NCBI GenBank assembly: GCA_038893835.1
Contig: JAWAQR010000003.1
Location: 1-64,000, forward strand
DNA from: Archaeoglobaceae archaeon
GTDB taxonomy: Archaea; Halobacteriota; Archaeoglobi; Archaeoglobales; Archaeoglobaceae
Reading direction: 5' to 3'
DNA: 64,000 bases
Of this stretch, positions 10,042 to 20,147 are shown piece after piece. A program made the position numbers and the translations under genes. Numbering within the stretch: the stretch's first letter is position 1; each line of letters starts with the position of its first letter. The notes beneath the pieces are model-generated. The model saw only the letters and a program-made list of their open reading frames with translations, was not told the origin of the DNA and searched no databases.

Positions 10042-10104
10042 ATGGCAAAGAAGAAGAAGGAGAAGGAGGAGAAGAAGGAAGAGAAAAAAGAAGAGAAGAA
10101 GTAA
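10042..10104 (+). CDS. Lys/Glu-only micropeptide 2 (MAKKKKEKEEKKEEKKEEKK, 20 aa)
   Basis: All 18 codons after MA are AAG/AAA/GAG/GAA; own promoter and T-rich terminator. Confidence 0.6.
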   Translation: MAKKKKEKEEKKEEKKEEKK

Positions 10105-10133
10105 TTTTGAATTTTTCTCACTTTAGTTTTTTT
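10105..10133 (+). terminator. Oligo-T archaeal terminator
   Basis: TTTTGAATTTTTCTCACTTTAGTTTTTTT immediately after the stop codon. Confidence 0.5.
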
Positions 10134-10243
10134 AAAGTAATGAAAATTTTTTAAGCTTATAATTTTATTCCACTTGTGAATCGAATACTGGCAGTTTTTA
10201 AAAGAGTTAGTAAAATTTTTACATTGCCACTCGAAAAAGTTTC

Positions 10244-10768
10244 ATGGCTATGGATTTCCTGAAAATCATAAATACGAGAAGGAGTATAAGGAGATATGCA
10301 AAGAGGGAAATACCGGATGAGGATATAAAAAAGATCATTTACTCAGCAATGCAAGCTCCATCAGCCGGAAACGAGCAGCCTTGGCACTTCATTATTGTGA
10401 GAAATAAGGAGAAGCTTAAAGAGCTGAGCGAAATACACCCATACGGAAAAATGCTCTCAGAAGCATCTGCAGCGATAGTTGTATGCTGCGATCCTAAACT
10501 TTCCAAATACAAGCTTCCTATGTGGGTTCAGGATTGCAGTGCAGCTACGCAGAACATTCTTCTCTCTGCAAGAGCCCTTGGAATCGGCTCTTGTTGGCTA
10601 GGAGTTTATCCGGATGAAAAAAGGATGAAAGGAATAGCAAAGGCTCTTGGGGTTCCGGATGAAATCGTCGTCTTTAGCATAGTCTCTCTCGGTTATCCGG
10701 TTAGCGAGGAGGAGTTTTATGAGGCGGATAGATTTAGAGAGGATAGAATACACTACGAAAAATGGTAA
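10244..10768 (+). CDS. Nitroreductase family protein
   Basis: RRSIRRY, APSAGNEQPWHF, DCSAATQNILL.A.ALGIGSCW. Confidence 0.92.
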   Translation: MAMDFLKIINTRRSIRRYAKREIPDEDIKKIIYSAMQAPSAGNEQPWHFIIVRNKEKLKELSEIHPYGKMLSEASAAIVVCCDPKLSKYKLPMWVQDCSAATQNILLSARALGIGSCWLGVYPDEKRMKGIAKALGVPDEIVVFSIVSLGYPVSEEEFYEADRFREDRIHYEKW

Positions 10769-10778
10769 TAAAAAATGA

Positions 10779-11912
10779 TCAGGAAATAAAACGTTCAAGC
10801 CTTCTAAGGAATTCTGCAATTTTATCTCTAGATGTGGCGTAGCTGAGCCTTACCCAATTCTTGAAAGAAACTCCAAAAGCTGATCCGGGAGTTAATGCAA
10901 CATATTCCTTTCTCAAAATTTCCTCACAGAACGAATCTCCATCTCTTTCCACATTCATGAATATGTAAAACGCCCCCTTTGGTGGAGCGTAGCTTATTCC
11001 TAGTTCATCGAGTTTCTCGATTATCATATCCCTCCTAGCCCTAAATTCAGCAACCATTTCTTTAAGGAAAGAATCTTCTAGCTTTAAGGCTTCCAGCGCA
11101 GCGTATTGCACAAAGGAAGTTGGATGACTTACGGAGTGCGATTGAATCGTGTTCATCTTTTCAATTATCCATTTTGGAGCAACGGCATATCCAATTCGCC
11201 ATCCAGTCATTGAGTATGTCTTTGAAAATCCGTTTATCGTTATAGTCCTTTCGAACATTCCATCGAAGCTAGCAAGGCTGTAATGAGTGCCTTCAAAGAT
11301 TATCTTCTCGTAAACTTCATCCGACATCACGAACAAATCTCTGTCGATCGCGATATCTCTTATCTTTTTTAGAAAATCTTTTCCGTAAACAACTCCTAGT
11401 GGATTGCTAGGCGTATTCACAATTATCATCTTCGTTCTTGGGGTTAAATACTCCTCAATTGGTGCATCGTTGAAATCGCTGCTATGCGGTACCCAGATCA
11501 CTTTTCCTCCTGCCATCTGAATGCAGGCCTCATAGCTAACCCATGAGGGATCGAGCAATATAACTTCATCTCCCTCATCTATCAAAGCCATTATGGCCTC
11601 ATATATAGCATATTTAGCTCCTGGAGTGACAATTACATTCTCTTCCGTCGCTTTTACACCATTCTCCTTTCTCATTTTCTCCGCAATTGCACTCAAGAGT
11701 TCCGGAATTCCCTTTGTTGGTGTATAAAAAACCTTTCCCTCATTCATCGCTTTGTATGCAGCATCTATTATCTTCTGCGGAGTCTTGAAATCTGGTTCTC
11801 CAACGCTCATATCGATTACATTCTTTCCCTCTCTCATCAGCTGTTTTGCAATCGTCGATATCCTCAAAGTTGCAGATGGTTTTACGTTTTCAACCCTTCT
11901 TGCTGGCTTCAT
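10779..11912 (-). CDS. Aspartate/aromatic aminotransferase class I/II
   Basis: [34 protein letters not shown]. Confidence 0.9.
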   Translation of the reverse strand: MKPARRVENVKPSATLRISTIAKQLMREGKNVIDMSVGEPDFKTPQKIIDAAYKAMNEGKVFYTPTKGIPELLSAIAEKMRKENGVKATEENVIVTPGAKYAIYEAIMALIDEGDEVILLDPSWVSYEACIQMAGGKVIWVPHSSDFNDAPIEEYLTPRTKMIIVNTPSNPLGVVYGKDFLKKIRDIAIDRDLFVMSDEVYEKIIFEGTHYSLASFDGMFERTITINGFSKTYSMTGWRIGYAVAPKWIIEKMNTIQSHSVSHPTSFVQYAALEALKLEDSFLKEMVAEFRARRDMIIEKLDELGISYAPPKGAFYIFMNVERDGDSFCEEILRKEYVALTPGSAFGVSFKNWVRLSYATSRDKIAEFLRRLERFIS

Positions 11913-12324
11913 ATTCTCTCAACCTCTTTACAAGCTTTACAGCTGCTTCCACAGCTCTCTTTGCATAATCAACTCTTTCAGCAGCAGCAATTCTTCCCAT
12001 TCCCGGACCGCTAATTCCTAAAGTTACAGGTTTTCCGTATTCGATGCTGAGATCCATGATCTTTCTTGCAGAGTGCTGTGCGACTATTTCGTCGTGTTCC
12101 GTCTCCCCTTCAATCACACAACCAATTGTAACTACAGCATCGACATTACCTTTTTCGAGCATTTTTTTAACCGCTATAGGAATATCAAAAGTTCCTGGAA
12201 CTCGAATTATTTCGCTCACTTCTGCTCCTAGAAATTCAGCATGTTCTTTTGCCAGAACTTCCATCATATAGGTTATATCTCTATTGAACTCTGAAACGAC
12301 GAAACCCAATTTGATCTTTTCCAT
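11890..12324 (-). CDS. ribH: 6,7-dimethyl-8-ribityllumazine synthase
   Basis: [35 protein letters not shown]. Confidence 0.94.
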   Translation of the reverse strand: MEKIKLGFVVSEFNRDITYMMEVLAKEHAEFLGAEVSEIIRVPGTFDIPIAVKKMLEKGNVDAVVTIGCVIEGETEHDEIVAQHSARKIMDLSIEYGKPVTLGISGPGMGRIAAAERVDYAKRAVEAAVKLVKRLREYEASKKG

Positions 12325-12373
12325 GCGATGAAGGTTTGCTCAAGTTTTTAATACTTGTCGCCTAAAAAATACC

Positions 12374-12709
12374 ATGAAACTTGAGAATGTTCAGTGGGAA
12401 GATAGAGGTGTTTACAAAGTTGCAAAAGGCTTTGAACTTTCAAAAGACTGTTTCATTCAGTTGGTGGAAGTAAAACCAAAGAAGGAAGTTGGAAAGCATT
12501 ATCATGAGAAACAGACAGAAATCTTTGTAATTTTAGGTGGAGAGGCAGTTCTTGGAATTGGAGACAGGGTTTATAATGCCAAGATGGGAGATGTTTTCAT
12601 CTGCAGGCCAAGAGAAAGACACTGGGTTAAGAATTACAACAATGAGCCATTTAGGATTCTCGTGTTTAAATATAATTATGCCGAAAATGATTTATTCTGG
12701 GAAATTTAA
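12374..12709 (+). CDS. Cupin domain protein
   Basis: HYHEKQTEIF...G...GDVF..P...HW. Confidence 0.85.
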   Translation: MKLENVQWEDRGVYKVAKGFELSKDCFIQLVEVKPKKEVGKHYHEKQTEIFVILGGEAVLGIGDRVYNAKMGDVFICRPRERHWVKNYNNEPFRILVFKYNYAENDLFWEI

Positions 12710-12812
12710 TGGGATTTTATTTTCTTTAATATTTTCTTTTTCATTGAAAACCTCGTTAAAAGTTTCAAAGATCAAATTTGGCCATCATTCATTCTTGTTT
12801 CTAAAAAAGAAG

Positions 12813-12886
12813 TGCCCGGACCCGGATTTGAACCGGGGACTATGCGGTCTTCAGCCGCACGCTCTCCCAGGCTGAGCTATCCGGGC
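12813..12886 (-). tRNA. tRNA-Phe(GAA)
   Basis: Reverse complement reads GCCCGGATAGCTCAG...TGCGG-CTGAAGA-CCGCA...GGTTCAAATCCGGGTCCGGGCA. Confidence 0.97.
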
Positions 12887-12979
12887 TCTTGAAATTAATG
12901 TAACCTCAGAGTATTTTTGTCTTTCGCTTTACACTTCTCACCTCTAAAAGCTTAAAAGAAAAGTTTCGGAAAGAATTGA

Positions 12980-13115
12980 GAGAGTTCCGACTATCGACTT
13001 TCTTATGAATACCTCTTTATTTCTAAAAAAGGATTGCATTGGAAGAGTAAAGGGGTCGGTAGGGAAGGATAGTTCATTATCAAAATTGTGTCAGAATTTC
13101 AACTTTTTGTCTTTT
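12980..13115 (+). ncRNA. Candidate small RNA (long hairpin)
   Basis: AAAAGCTTAAAA promoter at 12946-12957; 12985-13005 can pair with 13048-13066; T-tract at 13098-13115. Confidence 0.25.
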
Positions 13116-13149
13116 GAAAAAGTTTTTAATCAGCACGTGGAGTGATTGC

Positions 13150-14334
13150 ATGTTTCTTAAGGAGAAAATTTTTATTGGAGTCACGTTGCTCGCAACCTTT
13201 CCTTGGATTTTGTCTTTACTTTTAAACTTTCATCACTCTCCCCATATTCAAGCTCTGATTTCTGGTATTGCTGTAGTTTCAGCAGCATTTTTGCTTTCTT
13301 GGGCTGCTGAAACAGCTGAAAAAGATTTACCTCGATCCCTAAGCTTGGCTGTCGTGGCATTGCTCGCGGTTCTGCCAGAGTATGCGGTGGATCTATACTT
13401 TACTTGGATGGCGGGTAAAGTTGGAGGGGAATACATTCACTACGCCGCCGCTAACATGACGGGAGCAAACAGACTTCTGCTGGGAATTGGGTGGAGTTTC
13501 ATCGCAATATTTGCAGCTTTGAAGTTTAGAAAAAGGGAATTGGTTTTAGATGAGGGTATCAGACTCGAATTTTTCATATTGCTCGTAGCATCCATTTACT
13601 GTTTCTTAATTCCTTTGAAGAGTGAGATTTCAATTTTAGACTCATTCGTATTACTTTTAATCTACATTTGTTATATCTACATCGCAACAAAGGCTCACCG
13701 AGAAGAATTTGAGCCGGTTGGAGTTCCAGCTTACCTCTGCTGTTTTTCAGCGACGAAAAGGAGATTTTCTGTAGCTCTTTTATTTTTGTTCTCAGCTTTC
13801 ATAATTCTGATAAGCGTTGAGGCTTTCGCAGAAGGGCTTGTGAAAACTGCGGAGAACTTTGGAATTGACAAGTTTTTGATGGTTCAGTGGATTGCACCGC
13901 TTGCGAGTGAGTCGCCGGAATTTATAGTGGCAATTTATTTCATTCGCAGATTTCGCACAACTGCGAGCTTTAACACTCTCGTTTCATCAAAAGTAAATCA
14001 GTGGACTCTCCTTGTTGGTTGTTTGGCCATAGTTTACAGCATCTCACTTGGACATCTAAGCTCTTTACCGCTAGATGATAGGCAGAGAGAGGAATTTTTA
14101 TTGACTGCAGCCCAGTCCTTGCTTGGCGTTGCAATAATAATAAACTTACGTTTCAGCATTTTCGAGGCTCTTACACTCTTAATTCTCTTTCTAGCCCAAT
14201 TCTTTTACCAAAGCGTTGAAATGCGGTATATTCTGAGCTTTGTTTACGTGCTCTTAGCAATTCCACAACTCATTGCTCATAGAGGGGAAATCATCAGGAG
14301 CTATTACTACGTGCTCGGACTTTTAAGGCGTTAA
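13150..14334 (+). CDS. Ca2+:cation antiporter (CaCA) family membrane protein
   Basis: Two alpha repeats, AVLPEYAV...ANMTGAN and ASESPEFIV...SSKVNQ; multiple TM helices. Confidence 0.85.
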   Translation: MFLKEKIFIGVTLLATFPWILSLLLNFHHSPHIQALISGIAVVSAAFLLSWAAETAEKDLPRSLSLAVVALLAVLPEYAVDLYFTWMAGKVGGEYIHYAAANMTGANRLLLGIGWSFIAIFAALKFRKRELVLDEGIRLEFFILLVASIYCFLIPLKSEISILDSFVLLLIYICYIYIATKAHREEFEPVGVPAYLCCFSATKRRFSVALLFLFSAFIILISVEAFAEGLVKTAENFGIDKFLMVQWIAPLASESPEFIVAIYFIRRFRTTASFNTLVSSKVNQWTLLVGCLAIVYSISLGHLSSLPLDDRQREEFLLTAAQSLLGVAIIINLRFSIFEALTLLILFLAQFFYQSVEMRYILSFVYVLLAIPQLIAHRGEIIRSYYYVLGLLRR

Positions 14335-14374
14335 AATTAAATACTTTTTTGCATTTTCATCTTGAGGTGGTCTT

Positions 14375-14737
14375 ATGGGTATCTTAGACAAGCTAAAATC
14401 ACCAAAAAAAGTTGTTGTAGAGGAATATGAGGAATTGGATTTGAGTCAATATGAAGCTGAAGTTTGTGAGAAGGCTACAATGCTGATAAAAGTTGTTGAA
14501 GTTACTGGTTTGGGAGAAGTGCCAAAGATAAAAAAGGAGATATATGATGGTAACATAATTATTGCAGATGTTGGCTTTTTGAGACATGACCAGTTGACTT
14601 TAGACAGAATTTTAAAGGACTTGAAGCAGTTAACCGATGAGATAAATGGAGACATCGTTGGGCTTGGAGAAGATTACGTTATCGTTACACCCACTGGAGT
14701 AAAGGTTGACAGGACAAAGATTAGAGGGGGCAGATGA
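14375..14737 (+). CDS. sepF: Cell division protein SepF
   Basis: EIYDGNIIIAD, INGDIVGLGEDYVIVTPTGVKVDR; GAGGTG SD. Confidence 0.88.
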   Translation: MGILDKLKSPKKVVVEEYEELDLSQYEAEVCEKATMLIKVVEVTGLGEVPKIKKEIYDGNIIIADVGFLRHDQLTLDRILKDLKQLTDEINGDIVGLGEDYVIVTPTGVKVDRTKIRGGR

Positions 14738-15309
14738 TCTGTCCAATTTGTGGGAGGGAGATAAAGCTAATCGTAACTACCTATGAGGTCCCCTTCTTTG
14801 ATAAGATATTTTTAACATCCATCTCATGTGAGTGCGGATTTAGGCATGCGGATTCGATAGTTTTGGGTGAGAAGGAGCCAGTTAGGTATATAATAAAAAT
14901 AAATGGGGAAAACTTGTTTACAAAAGTGATAAGGTCAACTTCAGGTACCATAAGGCTGCCGGAGCTTGGAATTTCAATAGAACCGGGTCCAGCCAGTCAA
15001 GCTTTTGTGACGAACTTGGAGGGGATTTTGAGAAGAGTTGAGGATATAGTGAGAATTGCTATGCGTTGGAATGAGGGAGATGAGGAAAAGGTCAGGAGAT
15101 GCGAATGGATTTTGAGTAAAATCGAGGCCACAATTGAGGGAAGAGATGAACTGACATTAATTCTTGAGGATCCATTTGGCAACAGCTTAATTCTATCGGA
15201 GGAGTGTTTTAGAGAAAGAATGAGTGAGGAAGAGGCGAAAAATCTGAAGACTGGTATTACTGTGATCGAGTTAACTGGGCTCAGCGAGGAGGAGATTTTG
15301 AGGCTTTGA
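14734..15309 (+). CDS. ZPR1 zinc finger protein
   Basis: CPIC...CECGF, KVIRS, IEPGPAS, LILEDPFGNS. Confidence 0.9.
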   Translation: MICPICGREIKLIVTTYEVPFFDKIFLTSISCECGFRHADSIVLGEKEPVRYIIKINGENLFTKVIRSTSGTIRLPELGISIEPGPASQAFVTNLEGILRRVEDIVRIAMRWNEGDEEKVRRCEWILSKIEATIEGRDELTLILEDPFGNSLILSEECFRERMSEEEAKNLKTGITVIELTGLSEEEILRL

Positions 15310-15535
15310 GTTTTTCAACTTCCAGTTCGAGTTCCTTAAACTTCTTCTCCATTTCCTCTCTTAACTTTTCATCGCTTGGGATGCCGTAAATAACTTCAAG
15401 CTCAACCATTTTCTTAACTTTTTGATATTCCGCATAAATTTTTCCAATTTCTCTAGCAAACTCTGTCAATTTTTCTGGTGTGAGGATTACAATTGCCAGT
15501 ATTATGATAAAAATGATTTCTTCGAAGCCCAGCAC
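15281..15535 (-). CDS. TatA/TatB-like Sec-independent translocase subunit
   Basis: [21 protein letters not shown]-..FAREIGK: TM helix plus amphipathic helix. Confidence 0.7.
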   Translation of the reverse strand: MLGFEEIIFIIILAIVILTPEKLTEFAREIGKIYAEYQKVKKMVELEVIYGIPSDEKLREEMEKKFKELELEVEKLKASKSPPR

Positions 15536-15603
15536 AATATCAATCTTTGCGACGATTTTTATCTCTTTCGATAAAGCTATATTTTCAAGAAGCTACGCTT
15601 ATC

Positions 15604-16329
15604 ATGCAGAGAGTTAAAACAGGGATCAGTGGGATGGACGAGATTCTGAACGGTGGAATTCCTGAAAGAAGTGTAGTATTACTCAGCGGTGGACCTGGAA
15701 CCGGGAAAACGATATTTAGTCAGCAGTTTTTGTGGAATGGGTTGAAAGTTGGTGAAAGCGGGGTTTATGTAGCTTTGGAAGAACATCCTGTTCAGGTCAG
15801 GCAAAACATGAGTTCTTTTGGATGGAATGTAAAAAACTTCGAAGAACAGGGAAAATTTGCATTGATAGATGCATTTACTGCTGGAGTTGGGAAGGCAAAA
15901 GAGTTCGAGAAGTACATAGTCCAAGATTTGAACGATGTTAGAGAAGTTATGGATGTCATGAGACAAGCTATCAAGGATGTGGATGCGAAAAGAGTTGTAG
16001 TTGATTCGGTAACAACTCTTTACATCAACCGTCCTGCAATGGCGAGGAGCATAATTTTGCAGCTGAAAAGAGTTCTTGCTGGTTTAGGTTGCACATCAAT
16101 TTTTGTCAGCCAGATCAGCGTTGGAGAACGTGGCTTTGGAGGACCTGGGGTTGAGCACGGTGTTGATGGAATAATCAGACTAGATCTGGATGAGATTGAT
16201 GGAGAGTTGAAGAGATCTCTGATAGTTTGGAAGATGAGGGGGACGAAGCACTCAATGCAGAGACACATCTTCGAAATAACGTCGGAGGGCATAGTTGTTT
16301 ATCCAAACAGGATCCTTAAGTTGAGGTGA
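15604..16329 (+). CDS. KaiC-domain RecA-superfamily ATPase (PH0284-like)
   Basis: [50 protein letters not shown]. Confidence 0.9.
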   Translation: MQRVKTGISGMDEILNGGIPERSVVLLSGGPGTGKTIFSQQFLWNGLKVGESGVYVALEEHPVQVRQNMSSFGWNVKNFEEQGKFALIDAFTAGVGKAKEFEKYIVQDLNDVREVMDVMRQAIKDVDAKRVVVDSVTTLYINRPAMARSIILQLKRVLAGLGCTSIFVSQISVGERGFGGPGVEHGVDGIIRLDLDEIDGELKRSLIVWKMRGTKHSMQRHIFEITSEGIVVYPNRILKLR

Positions 16330-16333
16330 TGCG

Positions 16334-16792
16334 ATGGAGGAAATACCATTTACTCCAATGGGCAGAGCAGATATACATAAGCTTGAGAGCATTTTGCTCT
16401 TTGCAACCTTGATGAGAAAGGAAGTCATCGAGATGATAAAAGATCCAAAAGAAAGGCTAACTTGGGTTGATAGTCTAGCTGTTGCAGCAAGCGCAATTGC
16501 GAGAGAAAAGGCTATGATGAGTATAAGTGAAATTGCAAACGAGCTTGGAAGGACTGAGGTATCGATAAGGAAGCATTTAAAGGGAGAAAGTAAGGCTGGA
16601 CAGCTAGTTAGGGAGACTTATGAACTTTTAAAACAGGGAAAGCTTGATGAAATATTGAAGGGGATTGCATTTGAAGATAAGAGGTTGGAAGAAGAGATTG
16701 AGAGGTTAAAAGCTGAGAACGAGAACTTAAAACTTAAGCTTTCAAAAGTCAGAGAAAAGCTTTCTGAATTGGATGAAATCCTAAAATCATGA
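16334..16792 (+). CDS. KaiC-associated HTH regulatory protein
   Basis: ERLTWVDSLAVAA.A.ARE, HTH, C-terminal coiled coil; typical neighbour of the KaiC gene. Confidence 0.8.
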   Translation: MEEIPFTPMGRADIHKLESILLFATLMRKEVIEMIKDPKERLTWVDSLAVAASAIAREKAMMSISEIANELGRTEVSIRKHLKGESKAGQLVRETYELLKQGKLDEILKGIAFEDKRLEEEIERLKAENENLKLKLSKVREKLSELDEILKS

Positions 16793-17820
16793 GGGGAATT
16801 ATTAAGATCATAAATCCCTACGATGCTGGTTTATTTTTTGAAGGGAATGTGATAAATCTGAGTTCAAATGAAAATCCCTTTGGACCAAGTGAAAAAGTTA
16901 AAAAAGCTTACTTAGATTCATTGAACAGGATAAACCGCTATCCCGATGCCAGTTATTCGAGGCTGAAACTTGCCATCTCAAAGTATTTAAATGTTGAGCC
17001 TGATATGATCTCAGTTGGCTGTGGAAGTTCAGAGCTAATATCGAGGGTTTGTGAAGTTCTAGTTGAAGAGATGGATAAAGTCGTAATTCCCATGCCATCC
17101 TATTCGCTATACATGCTCTACGCATTCCTCAGGAATGCCAGCGTTGTCACTCCGATTTTTAAGAATTATGAACTAGAAGTTGAAGCTTTTGAAGATCTAA
17201 AGGCAAAGCTTACAATCATATGTTCACCAAACAACCCGACTGGTAATACGGTTGGAAAAAAAGTAGTTGAAAGGATTGCAGAAAATTCGGAATATGTTTT
17301 GATAGATGAAGCTTATGCTGAATTCTCCGATGAAAGCTTCGTCGATTTTGTCACTGAATTCGACAACATAATAATCCTCAGATCTTTTTCAAAGTTTTTT
17401 GGTCTTGCGGGGCTTAGAATAGGTTATGCAATTTCAAGCAGGGATGTTGCGGAAGCAATAGAAAAGATAAGATTGCCATTTGCAATCTCAACAACTGGAT
17501 TGGAAACAGCGATCTCAGCAATAGAATCGTTGGACTATTATCAGCAGATTAAGAAAGAAATAGTTTTGGAAAGAGAAAGAGTTTCCTCGAAACTAAGAGA
17601 AATGGGTTTTGAAGTTCTCCCATCAAAGGCGAACTTTTTACTGGTGAAAGTTGATGGAGAAGTCTTCGATTTTCTCTTGAAAAGAGGAATCGTTGTAAGG
17701 AAGATAGAGAGAGTTCTGGGGCTTGAGGGGAGTTATCTGAGAATTACGATTGGAAAAAAGGAAGAAAATGATGCTCTTCTTGATGCTATTAAATCATATA
17801 GTTGCGAATCCTCTGCATAG
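16789..17820 (+). CDS. hisC: Histidinol-phosphate aminotransferase
   Basis: LSSNENPFGP, RYPD, SPNNPTG, DEAY, RSFSKFFGLAGLRIGY. Confidence 0.85.
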   Translation: MRGIIKIINPYDAGLFFEGNVINLSSNENPFGPSEKVKKAYLDSLNRINRYPDASYSRLKLAISKYLNVEPDMISVGCGSSELISRVCEVLVEEMDKVVIPMPSYSLYMLYAFLRNASVVTPIFKNYELEVEAFEDLKAKLTIICSPNNPTGNTVGKKVVERIAENSEYVLIDEAYAEFSDESFVDFVTEFDNIIILRSFSKFFGLAGLRIGYAISSRDVAEAIEKIRLPFAISTTGLETAISAIESLDYYQQIKKEIVLERERVSSKLREMGFEVLPSKANFLLVKVDGEVFDFLLKRGIVVRKIERVLGLEGSYLRITIGKKEENDALLDAIKSYSCESSA

Positions 17821-18741
17821 AAGATAAATGGCTGCGAATTCGGGAACTTCAGCACTTTCTCCAGGAGATAAGTTTATTTCATAACCACCAATGCGCATTT
17901 TCACCTTTTTTAACATCCTAATTCTAACTTTCTCTTCCTCAAAGGCTATCGCATCTTTTAATGGATCGAACGTGTCCAGATTTTCAACTCTCACAACTTT
18001 GAGCCCAGTTTTTCCGTGTAAAGATTCCGGCATCCTTATTAACCTTTTTACATCCGAAGTAACCGGTGCATCGATGTGGACTCTTAGCTTTTCAATCGCA
18101 GATGCTATCGTACTCTCTTTCTTCATCTCTTTTTCTGGAATTCCTTTTTTGTTTAAAAACTTGTATATTCGAATTGCAGCGACGGAGTTAACAAGTTTTC
18201 CTCTCTCAAAAACTTTTGGATTGTTTAGCATCAAGTAATCGACTATTTCTCTCCTCTCTAGAGAATCGAGAGTTCGGAAGTCTTCATCGAGCACGTGAAC
18301 ATGGTAACCTCTTCCACCGGAAAAGTATATTTCCACTTCTCTAACACCAAAATCGGTTGAGAGTATCTTTAAAAGCTTTCTAACTTCATTCTTCGCTATA
18401 GCTAAGGCTTTTTCTATCGACTTAGTACTGATTGGTAAATGATCCGCATCGATGTCAAAGATTAGATCTGCACCAATCCAGCCTTTGTCTTCCATCTTTT
18501 CTTCATCAGGCCTTTCATAGTAAGCAGAGGAGTAATATATATGCGCAGGAGTTTCGGAAATTACGTAGTTTCTAAACTCCTCTTCAGAACTAAAGGAGAT
18601 GTGTCTTTTCATGACAAAATCTGGAATGGATTCGAAAGGAACGAATGCAAATTCACGATTTTTAAAATTTTTTGGTAAATTAATTTTATTATTTTTATAA
18701 TATTCATTAAATTTTTTGATTAGATATTGTTTTACATCCAT
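17794..18741 (-). CDS. priS: DNA primase catalytic subunit
   Basis: REFAF, YYSSAYY, DLIFDIDAD, FSGGRGYH, IDAPVT.D..RLIR.P.SLHGKTG. Confidence 0.95.
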   Translation of the reverse strand: MDVKQYLIKKFNEYYKNNKINLPKNFKNREFAFVPFESIPDFVMKRHISFSSEEEFRNYVISETPAHIYYSSAYYERPDEEKMEDKGWIGADLIFDIDADHLPISTKSIEKALAIAKNEVRKLLKILSTDFGVREVEIYFSGGRGYHVHVLDEDFRTLDSLERREIVDYLMLNNPKVFERGKLVNSVAAIRIYKFLNKKGIPEKEMKKESTIASAIEKLRVHIDAPVTSDVKRLIRMPESLHGKTGLKVVRVENLDTFDPLKDAIAFEEEKVRIRMLKKVKMRIGGYEINLSPGESAEVPEFAAIYLLCRGFATI

Positions 18742-19102
18742 ATCTCCAATAGTAAAAGTAAATGCCCTTGTAATTCACAAGTTTCCCATCGCAAAAATCA
18801 CCGTAAAGCGGTTTTATAATGCAATCTGCTCTCAACTTTTTTGAAAGTAATTTTATTGCACTGAACAATTCTGGTGGAGGGCGAATTGAGTAGACGAGTT
18901 CGACGCCCTTGTAGATGGAAAAGTTCGGATTGGATACATCGTCGATATAGAATTCGACAGAAGTGTTTATTGGTCTTATGTCAGTGGCTATAACTTTAAC
19001 TCCCCTCTTTTTAAGTAACTCCGCTATCTTTTTATTTTCACCAATCCCAATTTCCGCAACCTTTCTATATCTTTCTGCAATGAAATCTACAAGTTGGAGC
19101 AC
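18707..19102 (-). CDS. UPF0146 family protein
   Basis: VAEIGIG, ATDI, DDV.NP, YSIRPPPEL; start uncertain. Confidence 0.8.
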   Translation of the reverse strand: MLQLVDFIAERYRKVAEIGIGENKKIAELLKKRGVKVIATDIRPINTSVEFYIDDVSNPNFSIYKGVELVYSIRPPPELFSAIKLLSKKLRADCIIKPLYGDFCDGKLVNYKGIYFYYWRYGCKTISNQKI

Positions 19103-19144
19103 TAATTTTAATAATCCCCATGCTCTATAAACCTTGTGCAAGTG

Positions 19145-19582
19145 ATGATCAGGGAGTATTCGTTGAGGGATTTCAACGAGGTACTCGAAATAGATAAGGA
19201 AGCTTTTAACCCGCGAAATCCATCTTTTGACATGTTCGTCTATCTCACTTATTGCAGCGATCTCCTTGTCGCCGACATTGGGGGAAAAGTTGTTGGATAC
19301 GTTGTTACAATGGAGGTGGATAAGGTTACTGGTAAAATCGTTTCGATAGCAGTTAGAAAGGATTTCAGGGGAAGAGGGATAGGAGAAGCTTTGCTGCGAA
19401 AGGCTATAGAGAGGTTGAGATCGAGAGGGAAGACGAGGATTACACTTGAAGTTAGAGTCTCAAATAAACCGGCTCAGGAACTTTATAAGAAATTGGGATT
19501 CAAGATAATGGACACGATTCCAAGCTATTATAGCGATGGAGAGGATGCATATTACATGGTTCTATCGCTCACTGGGCAATAA
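19145..19582 (+). CDS. RimI/Ard1-like N-acetyltransferase
   Basis: SIAV...RGRGIG, LEVRVSN..AQ.LY.KLGF, YYSDGEDA. Confidence 0.9.
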   Translation: MIREYSLRDFNEVLEIDKEAFNPRNPSFDMFVYLTYCSDLLVADIGGKVVGYVVTMEVDKVTGKIVSIAVRKDFRGRGIGEALLRKAIERLRSRGKTRITLEVRVSNKPAQELYKKLGFKIMDTIPSYYSDGEDAYYMVLSLTGQ

Positions 19583-19844
19583 TTTTTGCAGCCAAACTTT
19601 CCCTTATTTTTGGGTTTTGAAGCAGTTTTTCGGGATAATTCGTTTTAAAAACTTCAGAAATACCTCTGCAAAGCAAAAGAACGGCTTTTTTGTGTTCTGA
19701 TTTGCTTTTGTTCACCTGCACAGGACTTATGCCAAGATTTTCATAAGCCTTGAAATGACCGTTTGCAACACCAGCGTTTTCAAGGATTCTCTTTATATGA
19801 AAAAGTACTAAATGTAGTATGAGCACTTCCTCTTTCTGCATCAA
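19569..19844 (-). CDS. UPF0058 family protein
   Basis: KEEVLILH, YENLGISP, KSEHKKAV. Confidence 0.8.
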   Translation of the reverse strand: MMQKEEVLILHLVLFHIKRILENAGVANGHFKAYENLGISPVQVNKSKSEHKKAVLLLCRGISEVFKTNYPEKLLQNPKIRESLAAKIIAQ

Positions 19845-19940
19845 GAATTACTGCGACCTTATCTATAAAAAGTTTTCTCTCATAACAAAAGAAATTTTAC
19901 ATGTTTATTTCTTTTATTTAAATTAAAAATTATTTATAGC

Positions 19941-20147
19941 TCAGCCACCAGATATAACTCTAAGAACTGTTAGTTCTCCTTCTTCAGCGAATTCGTCTAT
20001 CGGAACTGGAGTGGAGTTCTTTAGTAAAACTACAGTTTCTGGATTTATCTTTAACTCCTCAAGTATTTCAAAGTATCTTTTTCTTTCTTTAAACTCAATA
20101 ACTTCCTCCTTTCTGTTGAAGCCAACGAATTTCAGTTTCAGGATCAT
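19941..20147 (-). CDS. Ubiquitin-like SAMP/ThiS/MoaD protein
   Basis: INPETVV, C-terminal VISGG. Confidence 0.88.
   Translation of the reverse strand: MILKLKFVGFNRKEEVIEFKERKRYFEILEELKINPETVVLLKNSTPVPIDEFAEEGELTVLRVISGG

Noticed and set aside
12537-12875. 112-aa ORF in the track
   Set aside because: Overlaps the cupin gene out of frame and is antisense to tRNA-Phe.
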